From the NCBI GenBank assembly GCA_964016885.1, contig OZ024745.1:41974001-42038000 (forward strand): a DNA stretch of 64,000 nt, read 5' to 3'. Shown one piece after another: positions 1-15,495 of the stretch. The notes below the pieces were generated by a model. It saw only the letters and a list, made by a program, of their open reading frames with translations, did not search any database and had not been told where the DNA came from. Source of the DNA: Eledone cirrhosa. Its lineage: Eukaryota. A program made the position numbers and the translations under genes. The stretch's first letter is position 1, and every line of letters starts with the position of its first letter.

Positions 1-177
1 ATATATATATGAATTGAAAAGTGAGAGCAGTGCTGTGTGGTTGCTAATAGATATTATTTTTAAAAACGTGGGAGAAACACAAACACAAAGACAAATCCCG
101 CTCATCGGCTGTCTTCTGTGGATCACTGAGGGTCGAACGCAATATATATTATAATTATATATATATATATATGTGTG

Positions 178-265
<88 letters not shown>

Positions 266-442
266 TGTTTCTTTTATTTGCCACTAGGGCATCAAAAGTG
301 GGACAAGTACAAAGGGGGGAGTTTACACAAAAAGGCGTCCTCAATAAGGAGGAGGCAATAACAAAATATAAAAATAAAATAAGATATAACAAAAAATAAA
401 AAAAAAAGATAGATAGATAGATAGATAGATTATATATGTGAG

Positions 443-486
<44 letters not shown>

Positions 487-540
487 TATATAGAGATAGA
501 TAGATGTATATATGTGTGTATGAACGTATGTGTGTGTGTA

Positions 541-668
541 TCCCAGGGTCAACCGGAGGTATCCACAGTAAGTTACTCAATACATAGTAGACTATATACA
601 ATATTTCTTGATGATTTCCATTGAATGGAACAGTTTTAGTCCTGTGGAAGCCATTCCCATATTAAATA
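541..668. mobile_element. Degenerate PLE-like fold-back element, family B (tail on minus strand, decayed hammerhead on plus strand)
   Basis: ttgatgatttccattgaatggaacagttttagtcctgtgg matches the family B hammerhead at 30405-30455; 541-595 is the reverse complement of the family B tail. Confidence 0.7.
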
Positions 669-673
669 TTATA

Positions 674-765
<92 letters not shown>

Positions 766-789
766 TATAACATATATATATCATATATC

Positions 790-837
<48 letters not shown>

Positions 838-887
838 ATATATATATACATAACATATATGTATATATAAATATATATATATTTATA

Positions 888-943
<56 letters not shown>

Positions 944-944
944 C

Positions 945-995
<51 letters not shown>

Positions 996-999
996 CATA

Positions 1000-1075
<76 letters not shown>

Positions 1076-1682
1076 GAGAGAGAGTATCGAACGACGATAT
1101 AAAATCAAATTTTATTATAGATAATGTATTGTTATTTAGCCAGAGGTCAGTTTTGACCATGAAGAGGTATGTTCGGAGTTATTCTAACAACTCATTTTAT
1201 ATCTAGGATCATATCGTGCCGTTTCTATTTTAAGAGAGTAGGACGCCATTTGTGAGGTTGTTGTTTTTAGCAGGTTGAGCGAACAAATATCGTCTCCATT
1301 TTTACCTAGAGATGTTATATATTATGTGTTTGGTTATAAATAGATCTTCAATGTTAGCATCTAATGATAATTCGCAAATGTTTAAGCGCTCACAAAATAT
1401 CGTACACACACGCACGCACGCACACGAGTGTGTTTCTATTGGTGTGTTGGTGAGCGAGAATAGGGGTGGGGGGGAGTGAGTGAGAAACAAAAGAAGGAGT
1501 CAGTGTTTGTTTTTTTGATGGTGAATGTACATATCATACGTGTAGATTAATTTAATGTTAATATGCATGCACGTATTGCCTATATGTATGTATCAGGATA
1601 TAAGATTTGTATACGAAGATCAGTCTATATGTGGGTGTGATTTTATGAAAAAAACAATTTTCTTTTCTCTCACACACACACA

Positions 1683-1769
<87 letters not shown>

Positions 1770-2044
1770 CGTTATTTATATATATTATATATACGTGTAT
1801 GTAATACAATTGAATATATGAGAGGGATGAATACCGATACAAGGATACATGGTTCGAATTGCAAATGACCAAGTTAGCTAGGTTGTAAAAGACTATTTTG
1901 AGTTTCTAACTCAATATATGATACACATATGTATATTGATAGATATCTTTCTTTATTTGCCACAGGGGCGTACAAAAATAGGACATTACAAGACGTGACG
2001 GCGGAGGTTTTACATAAAAATCATATAACTTTAACATTAATAAA

Positions 2045-2231
2045 TAACTATTTCTACTTTAGGCACAAGGCAGCAATTACCCAGTGCATTACTGGTACTT
2101 TATCTTATCGACCCCGTAAGGATGAAAGGCAAAGTCAATCTCGGCGGGATTTGAACTCAGATCGTAAAGGGGACGTAACTATGCTGGAAACATGGCGTCC
2201 AACCCTCTACCGATACTGCCAATCCACCGCC
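2045..2231 (-). mobile_element. tRNA-derived SINE (Meta-domain-like core)
   Basis: Reverse complement of the 41862-42055 unit; B-box gagttcaaatcc and core ttgcctttcatccttacggggtcgataa. Confidence 0.9.
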
Positions 2232-2404
2232 TTTAAAAATATAATGGTAGATGTTAACAGGTGTAGATAATTATTTATTTATTTAGAAAAGGCAGCTAAT
2301 TTCATTCGTGACATAACATTTGTATATTTAAATGTAAAAAATCAGTATATATTTTATTAATGTAATTGTAACAAAGAAAACAAAGGAACTATAAATTACA
2401 CTAT

Positions 2405-2453
<49 letters not shown>

Positions 2454-2470
2454 ATGTGTGAGTGGATATG

Positions 2471-2512
<42 letters not shown>

Positions 2513-2527
2513 GTGTGAGTGTATATG

Positions 2528-2573
<46 letters not shown>

Positions 2574-2588
2574 GTGTGAGTGTATATG

Positions 2589-2682
<94 letters not shown>

Positions 2683-2830
2683 GTATAAATGTATAAGTTT
2701 ATATATATATATATATGCATAAGTATATATATATATATCTACTAACACACACGCACATACACACGTACACACGCACGCATATATGAGATGAGTGTGTGTA
2801 TGAGTGTGTGTGTGAGTGTATATATATATA

Positions 2831-2908
<78 letters not shown>

Positions 2909-3067
2909 TAGGTTTATGTGTATGTACGTAGGTACATTATGTTGAATGTATAAATTTATATATGAATGTGTGTGTGTGTATATATATACACATACATATA
3001 TATATATATACATGTATACATATATATATATATATATACACACATATATTTGTATGTATATATATAT

Positions 3068-3106
<39 letters not shown>

Positions 3107-3152
3107 TATATATATATATATATATGAGTGTGTGTGTAAATATGTATAATAT

Positions 3153-3207
<55 letters not shown>

Positions 3208-3482
3208 ATAGTACAAACAGTTCCAATATATTTCAGTATATTTATAATATTTATACTAATGAATTTAATTATATATTGTTAAACATAACTCTTTATATTT
3301 AAAGAAATCTAAAATGATGAGTGTTAGAGAGGGATAGACAGCGAAACAAATTTCATTGAAATATATCGTATATTTTCATATTTCCTTTATTATTTCATAA
3401 ATATAGTTTATATATAATCAGAGGTAATAAATATGAATTATCTGTTTAATATTATTACTTTAATTTAACAATTATACATACA

Positions 3483-3520
<38 letters not shown>

Positions 3521-3751
3521 GTGTGTGTGTATGTATGTACGTATGTATGTATGTATTTATATATGTATGTAATATATTTATTTATATATGTATGTATAAG
3601 GGGTTGGTTGTGTGTATGTAGTAAGTTTCCTATTGTGTATATAAATATATCTCTTTATATATATATATATATATATCGATGTGTGTGTGTGTATATTTAT
3701 TTATTTATTTATTCATATGCATATATATATATATATGTGTGTGTATGTATA

Positions 3752-3835
3752 ATAATAAATTTAAAAACTAAAATCCAAAGAGAGCTCGAAAAATGATAAA
3801 TATATTTCAAATATATAAGAACCGTAGAGCAAATA
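3752..3835 (-). mobile_element. PLE-like family D tail fragment
   Basis: Similar to 18390-18480 and to the reverse complement of 50010-50090. Confidence 0.7.
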
Positions 3836-3876
<41 letters not shown>

Positions 3877-3967
3877 GCATACATATGTACATACATGCAT
3901 ACAAATATAGAAATAAACATACATATAATACATTACATTACACACTTGTAAAGATATATATAGATAC

Positions 3968-4093
<126 letters not shown>

Positions 4094-4251
4094 CTATCGG
4101 CATATTAAGTTATTAATATTTTCACAGAAATATTATGTAGTTATGTTCCCCGTATTTTTTATATATGACCAACGTGACTAATATGCATATATATTCACAT
4201 TGCAAGTGATATGAAGTAGTGTATATAAGTAAACAGATATTTGGAAGCATG

Positions 4252-4347
<96 letters not shown>

Positions 4348-4355
4348 GAATATAC

Positions 4356-4486
<131 letters not shown>

Positions 4487-4493
4487 GTATATG

Positions 4494-4524
<31 letters not shown>

Positions 4525-4525
4525 T

Positions 4526-4561
<36 letters not shown>

Positions 4562-4569
4562 CATATATC

Positions 4570-4603
<34 letters not shown>

Positions 4604-4604
4604 A

Positions 4605-4667
<63 letters not shown>

Positions 4668-4709
4668 AATATATATATATACATATATATATATGTATAT
4701 ATATATATT

Positions 4710-4740
<31 letters not shown>

Positions 4741-4911
4741 GTATATATATATATTTATATATATATATATGTATGTATATATATATATATATATGTATAT
4801 ATATGTATGTATATAAATGTTTATATATATATACACACACATACCCACATAAACTCATATATATATACATATATATTCATATATATATATACATATATAT
4901 CTATGTGTATG

Positions 4912-4995
<84 letters not shown>

Positions 4996-5034
4996 CATAT
5001 ATACATAAATATATATATATACATATATACATAA

Positions 5035-5112
<78 letters not shown>

Positions 5113-5115
<3 letters not shown>

Positions 5116-5314
5116 TGGTTACACAACAGTTAGTTCACCATACCGAGAACAATTGTTTCACCTTAGCGGATCCTCAGCTCATAATCGAGGATCCGTTAAG
5201 ATGAAACAATTGTTCTCGGTATGGTGAACTAACTGTTGTGTAACCACTTCTACCTGACTCGTCCCATGGACTGAGTGCTCTACCACTACGGATATTACCT
5301 TCCATTGTTCTACC
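5113..5314. mobile_element. PLE-like fold-back element, family E
   Basis: Inverted arms 5113-5175 and 5187-5249 plus a 3' tail with the ACTC-GTCC-cat-GGAC-t-GAGT-GCTC hairpin; starts at a (TA)n tract. Confidence 0.85.
5144..5181 (-). ncRNA. Type I minimal hammerhead ribozyme (family E)
   Basis: rc: tgag-CTGAGGA-tccgctaaggt-GAAAC-aatt-GTT-ctcg. Confidence 0.8.
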
Positions 5315-5324
5315 TCTCTCTCTC

Positions 5325-5379
<55 letters not shown>

Positions 5380-5416
5380 ATATATATCTACATATATATA
5401 TTTATATATATATTAC

Positions 5417-5452
<36 letters not shown>

Positions 5453-5478
5453 ATTTATATATATTACATATATATATA

Positions 5479-5513
<35 letters not shown>

Positions 5514-5516
<3 letters not shown>

Positions 5517-5610
5517 GTAGTCAATACTTAGGGTAGTAGAGTGGGTAATAGGAAAATGTTTAACCCGTCTAAACGGCCTGAGCTCTGCCGTCGGGGTTAA
5601 ACATTTTCCT
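5514..5610. mobile_element. PLE-like fold-back element, family A (short)
   Basis: aggaaaatgtttaacc...ggttaaacattttcct inverted arms; aaac-ggc..gcc-gtc-gggg hammerhead 3' half; partial tail. Confidence 0.75.
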
Positions 5611-5669
5611 AAATTTATATATATGTACATGTATATATTTATATATATTACACACACACATATATATAT

Positions 5670-5854
5670 TATTGTTTCTACTTTTAGCACGAGGCCAGCA
5701 ATTATCCCGGTGCATTACTGGTACTTTATTTTACCGACGCCGTAAGGATGAAAGGCAAAGTTAACCTCGACGTGATTTGAACTGAGACCCTAAAAGGACC
5801 TAAACATGCTGCAAAGCATGGCGTCCGACCCTCTACCGATCCTGCCAATTCACC
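5670..5854 (-). mobile_element. tRNA-derived SINE (Meta-domain-like core)
   Basis: Same family as 2045-2231. Confidence 0.88.
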
Positions 5855-5935
5855 ATAATAATGAATTTGAAGACTAAAATCGAAAGAGGGCTCGTTTGCT
5901 TAAACTTTAATCTGTTATTTTAATAAATAAATATA

Positions 5936-6028
<93 letters not shown>

Positions 6029-6176
6029 TTATATATATATATTTATTTATTAATTATATTTATTACATATATATATATGTGTGTGTGTATATATTTATAT
6101 ATATTACATACATATATGTAATATATATACATATATGTAATATACATACACATATATATCTATGTAATATATATAA

Positions 6177-6322
<146 letters not shown>

Positions 6323-6393
6323 ATATTTAACTCCGACGGCAGAGCTCAAGCCTTTTCGACGTTTGATCATATATATATATATGTATATATATT

Positions 6394-6685
6394 AATGATC
6401 AAACCTGACTCTGAAATCGCAAGATCCTCGGATATGTCTCGATTCTACAAAGCAGAGTTTCCAGATTCGTAGAATCGAGACATATCCGAGGATCTTGCGA
6501 TTTCAGAGTCAGGTTTGATCATTGCATCGATCGTGCCTCGAGCTGGTCGCCAGGTAAACGATTGTAATATGTCTAATAAATCTCATTCACCGTTTCTTAT
6601 GTGATATTATACTCTGGTCTGTAAGAGCATCAAGTGCTCAAACGGCATACCGCTTGCGGACGCTTTAAGCATCCCACCAGTTATA
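6394..6685 (+). mobile_element. PLE-like fold-back element, family G, with degenerate long-stem-II hammerhead
   Basis: About 54-bp inverted arms spanning 6394-6523; gacatat-CCGAGGA...TAAAC-gatt-GTA-atatgtc-aataaa; tail similar to 38540-38615. Confidence 0.75.
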
Positions 6686-6696
6686 TAAATATATAC

Positions 6697-6762
<66 letters not shown>

Positions 6763-7190
6763 ATATATTTATATATATTACATATATATATATATACGGG
6801 GTTTCGAAAGAGAGAGCATGTTTTCACTACTTTACAACAGGTGGCGTTTGATTATTTATAGAAACTTAACATTTCAACAAACAGAGATCGATCAGTTGCG
6901 TGCCAGCCTTGAAACATTAAGCACTAGGTACTATGGTATTTGCTAATCTCATTACTACAATGCCTCTGTTTGGCCGCAGTCCAGTTAAAACCAGCAAAAG
7001 AATATATACTTCTTATATTACACATACATCTCTACATTTAATATATATTATATCAGAATTGAGGCGGTAAAATCCTGTTACACCATTACTCACCGGAGTA
7101 CTTGATACTTGGAGTAGTAGAGTGGTTAATATGAAAAAATTCATGAATCTTTTTTCATATATATACATACATATATATATGTATATATAT

Positions 7191-7221
<31 letters not shown>

Positions 7222-7284
7222 TTTATATATGTGTATATATATATATATGTATATATATATATGAAACGATTCCTGAATGTTTTC

Positions 7285-7412
<128 letters not shown>

Positions 7413-7654
7413 ACATATATATATATATATATGAAAAAAATGACCAGAAAGAGAGTCGTTAAGTTCCGGACACTGGTCGCTCATGAGAAGTTAGAGTTAC
7501 AAATATAAGATAAATAGAAAGTAAAGAGTGATAAGAAAAAGGGCGGGGGGAAAATAATAAAAAATGTAGAAAAAATCTCATGTGCGGCGTATTCAGTCGC
7601 ACCTACACACATGCATATTTGAACACACACACACACATATATATATAGAAGGAG

Positions 7655-7858
7655 ATGTGAGAAAAACCACAGACCCTCCATCTCAACTCTACTTTTGAAA
7701 AGCAGAAGAACCGGTAAAGGAACCAAATAAATTTTTTTTTTTTTTTTTCATAATACTCCAGTTGCATTTTCGATTTCATCTTTTTTTCTTTATACTTTTT
7801 CACTCGTGTAGGACACCTCGGTTATTTTTCATTTTGTAAAAAAACTTCACTTTCTAAT
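7655..7858 (+). mobile_element. PLE-like family C 3' end (hammerhead with internal deletion, AATAAA, tail)
   Basis: Matches 12680-12843 and the reverse complement of 21970-22110. Confidence 0.8.
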
Positions 7859-7867
7859 ATATATATT

Positions 7868-8096
7868 TAGGAAAAAGTATGACCCCGATGGCAGAGCTCA
7901 AGTCGTTTCGACGGCTATTTCTGGACTGAAATAGCCGTCCAGAAATGAGTCCAGAAATGAGTCCAGAAATAGCCGTCAAAACGGCTTGAGCTCTACCGTC
8001 GGGGTCATACTTTTTCCTATTTCCCACTCTACTACTTTAAGTATTGAGTACTCTGGTGCGTTATGGTCCATCTGGTTCCTTACCACAATTCCTTTG

Positions 8097-8098
<2 letters not shown>
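7868..8098. mobile_element. PLE-like fold-back element, family A
   Basis: Inverted arms around duplicated gtccagaaat units; tail gtattgagtactctggtgcg...cctttgt running into (TA)n. Confidence 0.88.
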
Positions 8099-8183
<85 letters not shown>

Positions 8184-8229
8184 TATCTGACTACATATAT
8201 ATCAAAGACTAGCAACCAAATATAAAAGT

Positions 8230-8695
8230 TAGAATAGAAATAGAATTATTATCTTGTTCACACCTCTCTAGCAGTGAAGACTTACGTACATAGAAAATGT
8301 GTACAAATAAGATAAGCACTTCCCACCCCAGCGTATTTATGATAAGATATTTAACAGGTAGTCGGAGAAAGTTAGATACTCTTGCGGTCCATCGATGATG
8401 TGAAAAATAACCGCAAAAAAATGCTACAGGACAACCTAGGATTCTCGTTGATGGTGAATGACGACTGCCCCCTACAACGAAATAGAAGCTCAGTAATCTA
8501 TGGAGCCATGATTATACCAACTGTAAACGGCCAAACGGCCGTAAATGATTGATATATCAACATGACACTAGACCGCTTTAAACATCAATACTACTCGCAT
8601 ATCGTGTCATTTAGACACCAACATATGAGTAAAGCAACCGCACTGGCCACTCGTTTATGGAAGCTTAAAAACAAGAACATACCATACCTGATAAA
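8230..8695 (+). pseudogene. Decayed Penelope-like retrotransposon ORF (RT C-terminal linker and GIY-YIG endonuclease)
   Basis: Frameshifted translation NRNRIIILFTP..DKHFPP..KIFNR*SEKVRYSC..CPL..SVIYGA..YINMTLDRFKHQYYSHIVSFRH..SKATALATRLWKLKNKNIPYLIK resembles the PLE motifs IIWFNPP, DKHFP, KIFNRNTVKVSYSC, VIY and YIGMT. Confidence 0.85.
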
Positions 8696-9102
8696 GGGGG
8701 GAAAAGGTATTCCCTTTGTGTTAATGGGAAATACAAGAAATTCAGTGTTTGATGTTCTCTACCAATTATCAGAACAGTAACACCGAGGTGTTCAGAAAAC
8801 ATGCATATACATACACACACATGCATATACTACGTCTTGCATACACACTTTAATATAAGCTGAATAAGCACAAACGTGACAAGAGGTATGCTCCCTGAAT
8901 TAAAATAAAACCCAGAAAATTCTTTAAAACATAGGGTTATCTCCCTTCCCACGAACGAGATTTCGTGTAGATGTCATCGACCATCTTTGTTTTATGATTG
9001 CCTGAAGAAATATCGAAGTACAATTGCACAATCTACCTCACATGCTAGATCGGAAAGCAATGGCAGCAACGAAAACTTTTTGGAGATAACTATACTATAA
9101 TA

Positions 9103-9149
<47 letters not shown>

Positions 9150-9309
9150 GGTGTGTGTGTGTGTGTGTTCCCCCACCCTTTTTTATCCCAATAACTTATT
9201 TCAGTTATTGTTCGCGCTAGGCTGAGGTATCTTGTCTCTAACGCGAAGAAATACCTATGATTCCAAGCAAACAACTATATTATAGACAATTATATTATAG
9301 TATAGTTAT

Positions 9310-9585
9310 CTATAAGGTCATGGATGTTATCCATCGATCGTACTCGTGGTCTAGCACTGAGCCCAGTGTTGGATCGCGAGCAAGATCGATGGATAACATC
9401 CATGACCTCGGCTAGTCTCACTTTGGAATCAAATCGGATCAGTTGGAAAACGGTTGCTTCTGGCTGGACCAGCTGCAATGAGTGTTTGAGGACTCTTAAA
9501 AAGAAAAAAACCCTCTCAGGAATAAGTAGGCGAAGAAGAAGAAGAAGAAGAAGAAGAAGAAGAAGAAGAAGAAGAAGAAGAAGAT
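9310..9585 (+). mobile_element. Degenerate RTE-like LINE 3' end with (AGA)n tail
   Basis: Translation resembles an RTE C-terminus (..MDNIHDLG*SHFGI..ECLRTL..) followed by a triplet-repeat tail. Confidence 0.55.
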
Positions 9586-12249
9586 ATATAGGTGTGTATT
9601 AAGTTAACTGCTAGGCCAGCAGCATGCGTTACTAAGTATTCCAAAATTAAATAACGTCGCCGTTTTATCGATTTATATTTAGTTTCAGAGATCTGACTGC
9701 ATATTGAAGGAACAATTCCTATAGATCAGCTTAGATGTTGGTGGAGACGAAATAGTTGCAAGGATTCCACTATATTCATTATTTTACCTAACGCCTGCTC
9801 GACATGTTTGAGACGTTTAGAAGTGGTAGCCTAGAAGACTACAGCATAAATCCGGTAAATTGTATGGTGAATTCGAATGTATGGACATTTCCTCTATTGC
9901 TCCTGATTTCATTTTAAACCAATCCTTAAAACACGAAGCTTTAATGATACAAGTGAATCCAGTAATATATAACATTTTCATTGACGTATCAAAGTTACAT
10001 AAGTTAAATTCTTATACAGAACCCTTATATTATGTAAATTTGTTTCGTTGTCTAACGTTGAATATGTAACTGTATTAATTAAAATGTGTTATATGTGCTA
10101 TAGTTTAATATATAAGTTTAATGTATAAGTTTAATGTATGAACTCAATGCATTAAAATGTGTCTTACCTGTTTAAAAATCCTGCTTTGATTTAATGGAAA
10201 CGATTAACATCACGGTGCTGATATTAGTAAAAATCCGATTCGTTCAAATCATCTTATTTATGAGGAAAAAATATTTAAGCACAATCATGCTATGGCGAGT
10301 TTAAAGCATCATAATAGATATATAGAATGGCAAATATATTAATTAACATCCGACGAATATGAAGTGAGACTGTCCGCCTACCGTTGCCATTCTGTTTGAT
10401 TATTGTAATTTGTATGATTTAAAGTGCATTCGATCTCGAAAGCATTCCGAGCTTTAGATCAACTTTAAATAACAAGTCGTTCATAAACGTTTACTACTAT
10501 AGTAATTGAGCATTTGTAGAATCACTGAACAGGAATTGATAACTTGCAAGCGAGTAGTATTTTGGAAGTATTCCTTATATTCGATCAACCAGAAACTTTT
10601 AAGGCATTACAGTACATGAGCAGAGCTTCCCAAACTCAAGTAGGTAGTTAACCAAAGCTGGAACAAAAGTAGTCCACAGTCTTATACCTTCCTTTGGCGG
10701 GAGATGAATCATGACGCTTCTTGAACGAGAGTGGATTCCAAATGCAAGTATAAAATACTATTAAAAACATTAACGCCTACACTTCCCTTGTTCGCTGTCA
10801 CTTTTAGTTTTGTTGTGAATTACGCCAGAAACACACAACTAATAACAAAGCACGAAGACAGAATTAGAAGCAGGAAAGTAATCTATTTTAAAAATCAAAT
10901 TTGTGTCCAAACCGAGTGCTTCGACATACGATGAGAGGTCAGCTTAACTCTGGTTTGATTGTCTTAGCTTAATTTAGTCTAGATTTGATACTGTTGAGTT
11001 AGGCCCTATTTCTCCCAAATGCGTAATCAGCTTATTACTTGGAGCTTCCTTAACTGAGCCCCACAAAGAGAGCTCATATTTTTATAATTGTAATATTTTA
11101 TATTCATAGTACATTATATAAATGCAAGAACCTGTGATATCAAGATAAGAAAATATATTGATAAATGACCATATCTATATCATTTGCTCTCTCATTTTTA
11201 AAAGTTACATGGACAAAGTGACGTTCATGTTTTTTAATCATTGGTCGACGCTGGGGTCTGGCAGTGGTTTTTGTTAAATAATAGATTTATGTAAATAATT
11301 TCTTCCTGGTAAATATGCTTACCAGGATAAACTAATATCTTTAGCGTAGCTAAGTTCACAACATGGTGACCAAAATTGATGACCATCTGCACAAACTTAA
11401 GCTGTAAGTTCTAAGAGTTTATACTGCATAAATAAAACAACTCGCATAGATAAAACAACCAATTCTTTAATCGAAGATGCCATTCCTGAGACCACACCTA
11501 CAAAGACGAATTTCTGAAGTAAAGCAATGACTTCGTGCACATTCGCAGCACATTTAATAGTCTACCGTTTTGGCTTCATCGAGAAGTAATGGGATATCCA
11601 AATTCTCATGATTCAGGCTATCAATGAACTTTCATTTCCCACGATAAATATGTATGAACTTGTTTTCAACAATGTGCCACGCCAAAGACAAATGAACAAA
11701 CCCATTTGTTTCAAGTTCAGATATGCGGATGGCTCTGTCAAACACAAAAGCACACATCCAAAAACTCGTGTTGAAAACATAATTTCGCCCATCTTATTAA
11801 ACCTGTAACATTCCTTTGGGATAAGTGATGAAGTGTACTATAATTGTGTACTTGTGCTTTATATGAAACATAATTTTACATTTGGATGATTTGAACCTGT
11901 TGAATGTTTAATAGGGGATAAAACAAAAAAGAATTTGACAACCACAGTCCTATAGTCTTAAAGCATCCTGTGTGATTCCCCTGAATATACGGAACATGTG
12001 GTACTAGGTTAATCCGACACAGTACATTTATTGTAACATATGTATGTATATATAGGTATGTATATATTTATGCTTGTATGTACTCACTGACTTCAGTATA
12101 TTTTTGACCGGCCAACTTTCCTGTGGCAAAATGACATTTTCATCGTCTCTTGTGTAATCGGTCATCATAAAAAGGTTTTAGAGATTTTAAAGGTTCCATT
12201 TATCGCGAGCATAGACACATATATAAACACCAACATATATATATAGTCC

Positions 12250-12886
<637 letters not shown>

Positions 12887-13130
12887 ATGTGTGTGTATGT
12901 GTATGTGTACAGAAATTAATAAAGCAAGGGAATGGGCAAAATTATATCAGCTTAGCAGTTTTATGCACGTTTCACCAACAGAAGAGAAGGAGAGAAATAT
13001 CAATAGATGGTGTTGTGGAATTTTTGGAGTTTTTCATTATAGTGAGATAACAAAATATAGAATCAAACAACTATAAAAAAATGAAAAGAAAGACAAAAAT
13101 TCTTGTATCAATGTATGTGGAAATTGTGGG

Positions 13131-13193
<63 letters not shown>

Positions 13194-13195
13194 CA

Positions 13196-13272
<77 letters not shown>

Positions 13273-13987
13273 AACGAGATTAATACAGAGATTTATGGAA
13301 ATACATGATCATATGTCTCGCGTCGGTTTCCATAAGTTAATCATATACCAACCCAAAACCGGAAGTTCGCATAGTTCATTACGACTCCCTGCCCCAAACA
13401 ATTCGCCTTGGTGCAATTGATGATGAAGAGGCTAACAAGAAAGTCTTATGGCGACCACATCAAGAACTGTACAAATCACAACAATTTGACCATCTTGGCA
13501 ATAGGCTGGGACTAGTGGAGACTGTTGTGTAGCAAAATGTCTAGAGGGGCACTCCAATGACTGCCTACGCCAGTTACAGGGATATGATTATGATGAATCA
13601 CGAATCATTACTAAGAGAGAGATTGTGTATCAAACCGGTAATACTTTGAATCAGTCGTACGGAGGTTATTTCGACAGAAAACCTCAAAGCATTATCAAGT
13701 TTCACTTACAAAGATTCGGAGAATCTGCGATGACATTCTTCTGTGCTACACGTGGAATAGAACTCAAAACCTCGTGATGGTGAACTTCTTACACATACGG
13801 ACACCGTGGTAGAAGAGAAAACATAATATCGCTTTGGTTAGAGTTTCAACAAACACACAAACAAATCTCAGTATCACATAAAGAAAGTCTTCTTCACTCA
13901 TGCTCTAACACATGCGCGCACACGAACTCACTGACACACACACACATACATACATAATTACATACAGACACACATACATACATACAT

Positions 13988-14595
13988 GGTGGCTGCCAAC
14001 TCGTTTTCGAGTACGGCCACTATTTTATATCCATGTAGGAGAGCCCCTACCGATGCGCTGAACAAGTGTGACTTTTTAGTCCAGCCAGCGACTTGAAAAA
14101 TCTGGTACAAACACTACATTTGTGACAATTATTGTCACATAGTGCTGGGACCATGGTACCATGTGATGACAAGTGCAGAGAGATCTCCAGATATAAAGCA
14201 ATGCCAGTGCCATGAAGCTTTTATAGTGAGCAAAGGCACTGCACAGAGCCAGTCCCACTCTCTTAACCAAGATGATATTTACCAAAAAGAAGAACAAGTC
14301 AACATCATTGGATACCATCAGGGTTGCAGGTGTTATATCAGAGTTTTCCTTCTCCTAGAATTCTGCCTTGACAAAGGCTAAGGGGTCATCTCTCCCGGTG
14401 ATTTTGGATGGGCATTGACTCTTAAGAGCTCCTTTGCCCTTTGACAGGTTTTGTTTTTAGTCCTGCAGGATGTCCAAAGTCACCCTCCTCACCAAGAAAC
14501 CTTCGTGGGGTTGCCAGTTTAGTCGCCAACGACCCGACCATGAGTCAGGTTGTACTGGGATACATGTTATCAGTAGCACCAACTGGTGACCTGAC
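13988..14595 (-). mobile_element. About 610-bp non-autonomous retroelement (RTE-like 5'UTR plus 3' end), copy 1
   Basis: Highly similar to 55943-56550; flanked by (TACA)n on both sides; rc contains ctaggagaaggaaaactctga, which I recall from RTE-like 5'UTRs. Confidence 0.8.
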
Positions 14596-14682
14596 ATACA
14601 TACATACATACATACATACATACATACATACATACATACATACATACATACATGCATACATACATACGTACATACACACATG

Positions 14683-14846
14683 ATGGAGCATGGCTTAGTG
14701 GTTAGAACATTGGGCTTGCAATCGAAAGGTTGTGAGTTCAATTCTCGGTCCGGGTGATGTGTTGTTTCCTTGAGCAAGACAAGACACCTCCAACGAGATA
14801 TACCTTGGAGGAGGCCAGCTAAACCTGCATAGGTGTGAGCTGTCAC
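14683..14846 (+). mobile_element. tRNA-headed CORE-like SINE with internal deletion
   Basis: A-box tggcttagtgg, B-box gagttcaattc, ccttgagcaagaca; full version at 58795-59038. Confidence 0.85.
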
Positions 14847-14930
14847 ACACACATACATACATACATACATACATACATACATACATACATACATACATAC
14901 ATACATACATACATACATACATACGTACGT

Positions 14931-14977
<47 letters not shown>

Positions 14978-14980
<3 letters not shown>

Positions 14981-15495
14981 GTAGAAATTAGCTGACCAGC
15001 AGATGCCAATATAATATCAAAGAGTAGCGAAAAGGAGAATATTTATGCATAACTGATGAGAAAACTGCAGATACTCCACCCTGATTATACCTTCAGATTT
15101 ATACCTGTGATTATTGGGGCACTGGGGTATGTTAGTAACTGCCTCAATACAAATCTTGAGAAGCTAGGCTTCACAGGAACAGAAAGAACACAACTAGTTA
15201 GGAAATTACAAGTACAATCCATTAATGGAACAGTAAAAATATGTAAAACATTCCAAACATTTTGCATCTAATAACTGCATATACACATGTACAGATACAA
15301 AGCATATACACATGCACACATACAACTCAAAACATCCACGTCCACACATACAATAACATCCATATCTACACATGCATACATAATCTACCCAGTTGATGTT
15401 GTGTAAATTCCAATGAGAGAGTCTTGTGTCTATGTTAGAAACCGACTCTCTCTCTCTATTGGGAAAAAAATTGTGAAATTATAAAACCAGAAGAA
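14978..15495 (+). pseudogene. Non-LTR retrotransposon 3' end with restriction-like endonuclease domain (R4/Dong-like)
   Basis: VVEIS*PAD..EKENIYA*LMRKLQILHP..FIPVIIGALGYV..LEKLG..LQVQSINGTVKICKTF; in-frame stops; 3'UTR follows. Confidence 0.75.

Noticed and set aside
14510-14595. Assignment as HDV-like or twister ribozyme
   Set aside because: Could not place the required pseudoknots by eye; kept only as an unclassified structured end
14683-14755. tRNA gene
   Set aside because: A/B boxes belong to a SINE head that continues into SINE body; acceptor stem not intact
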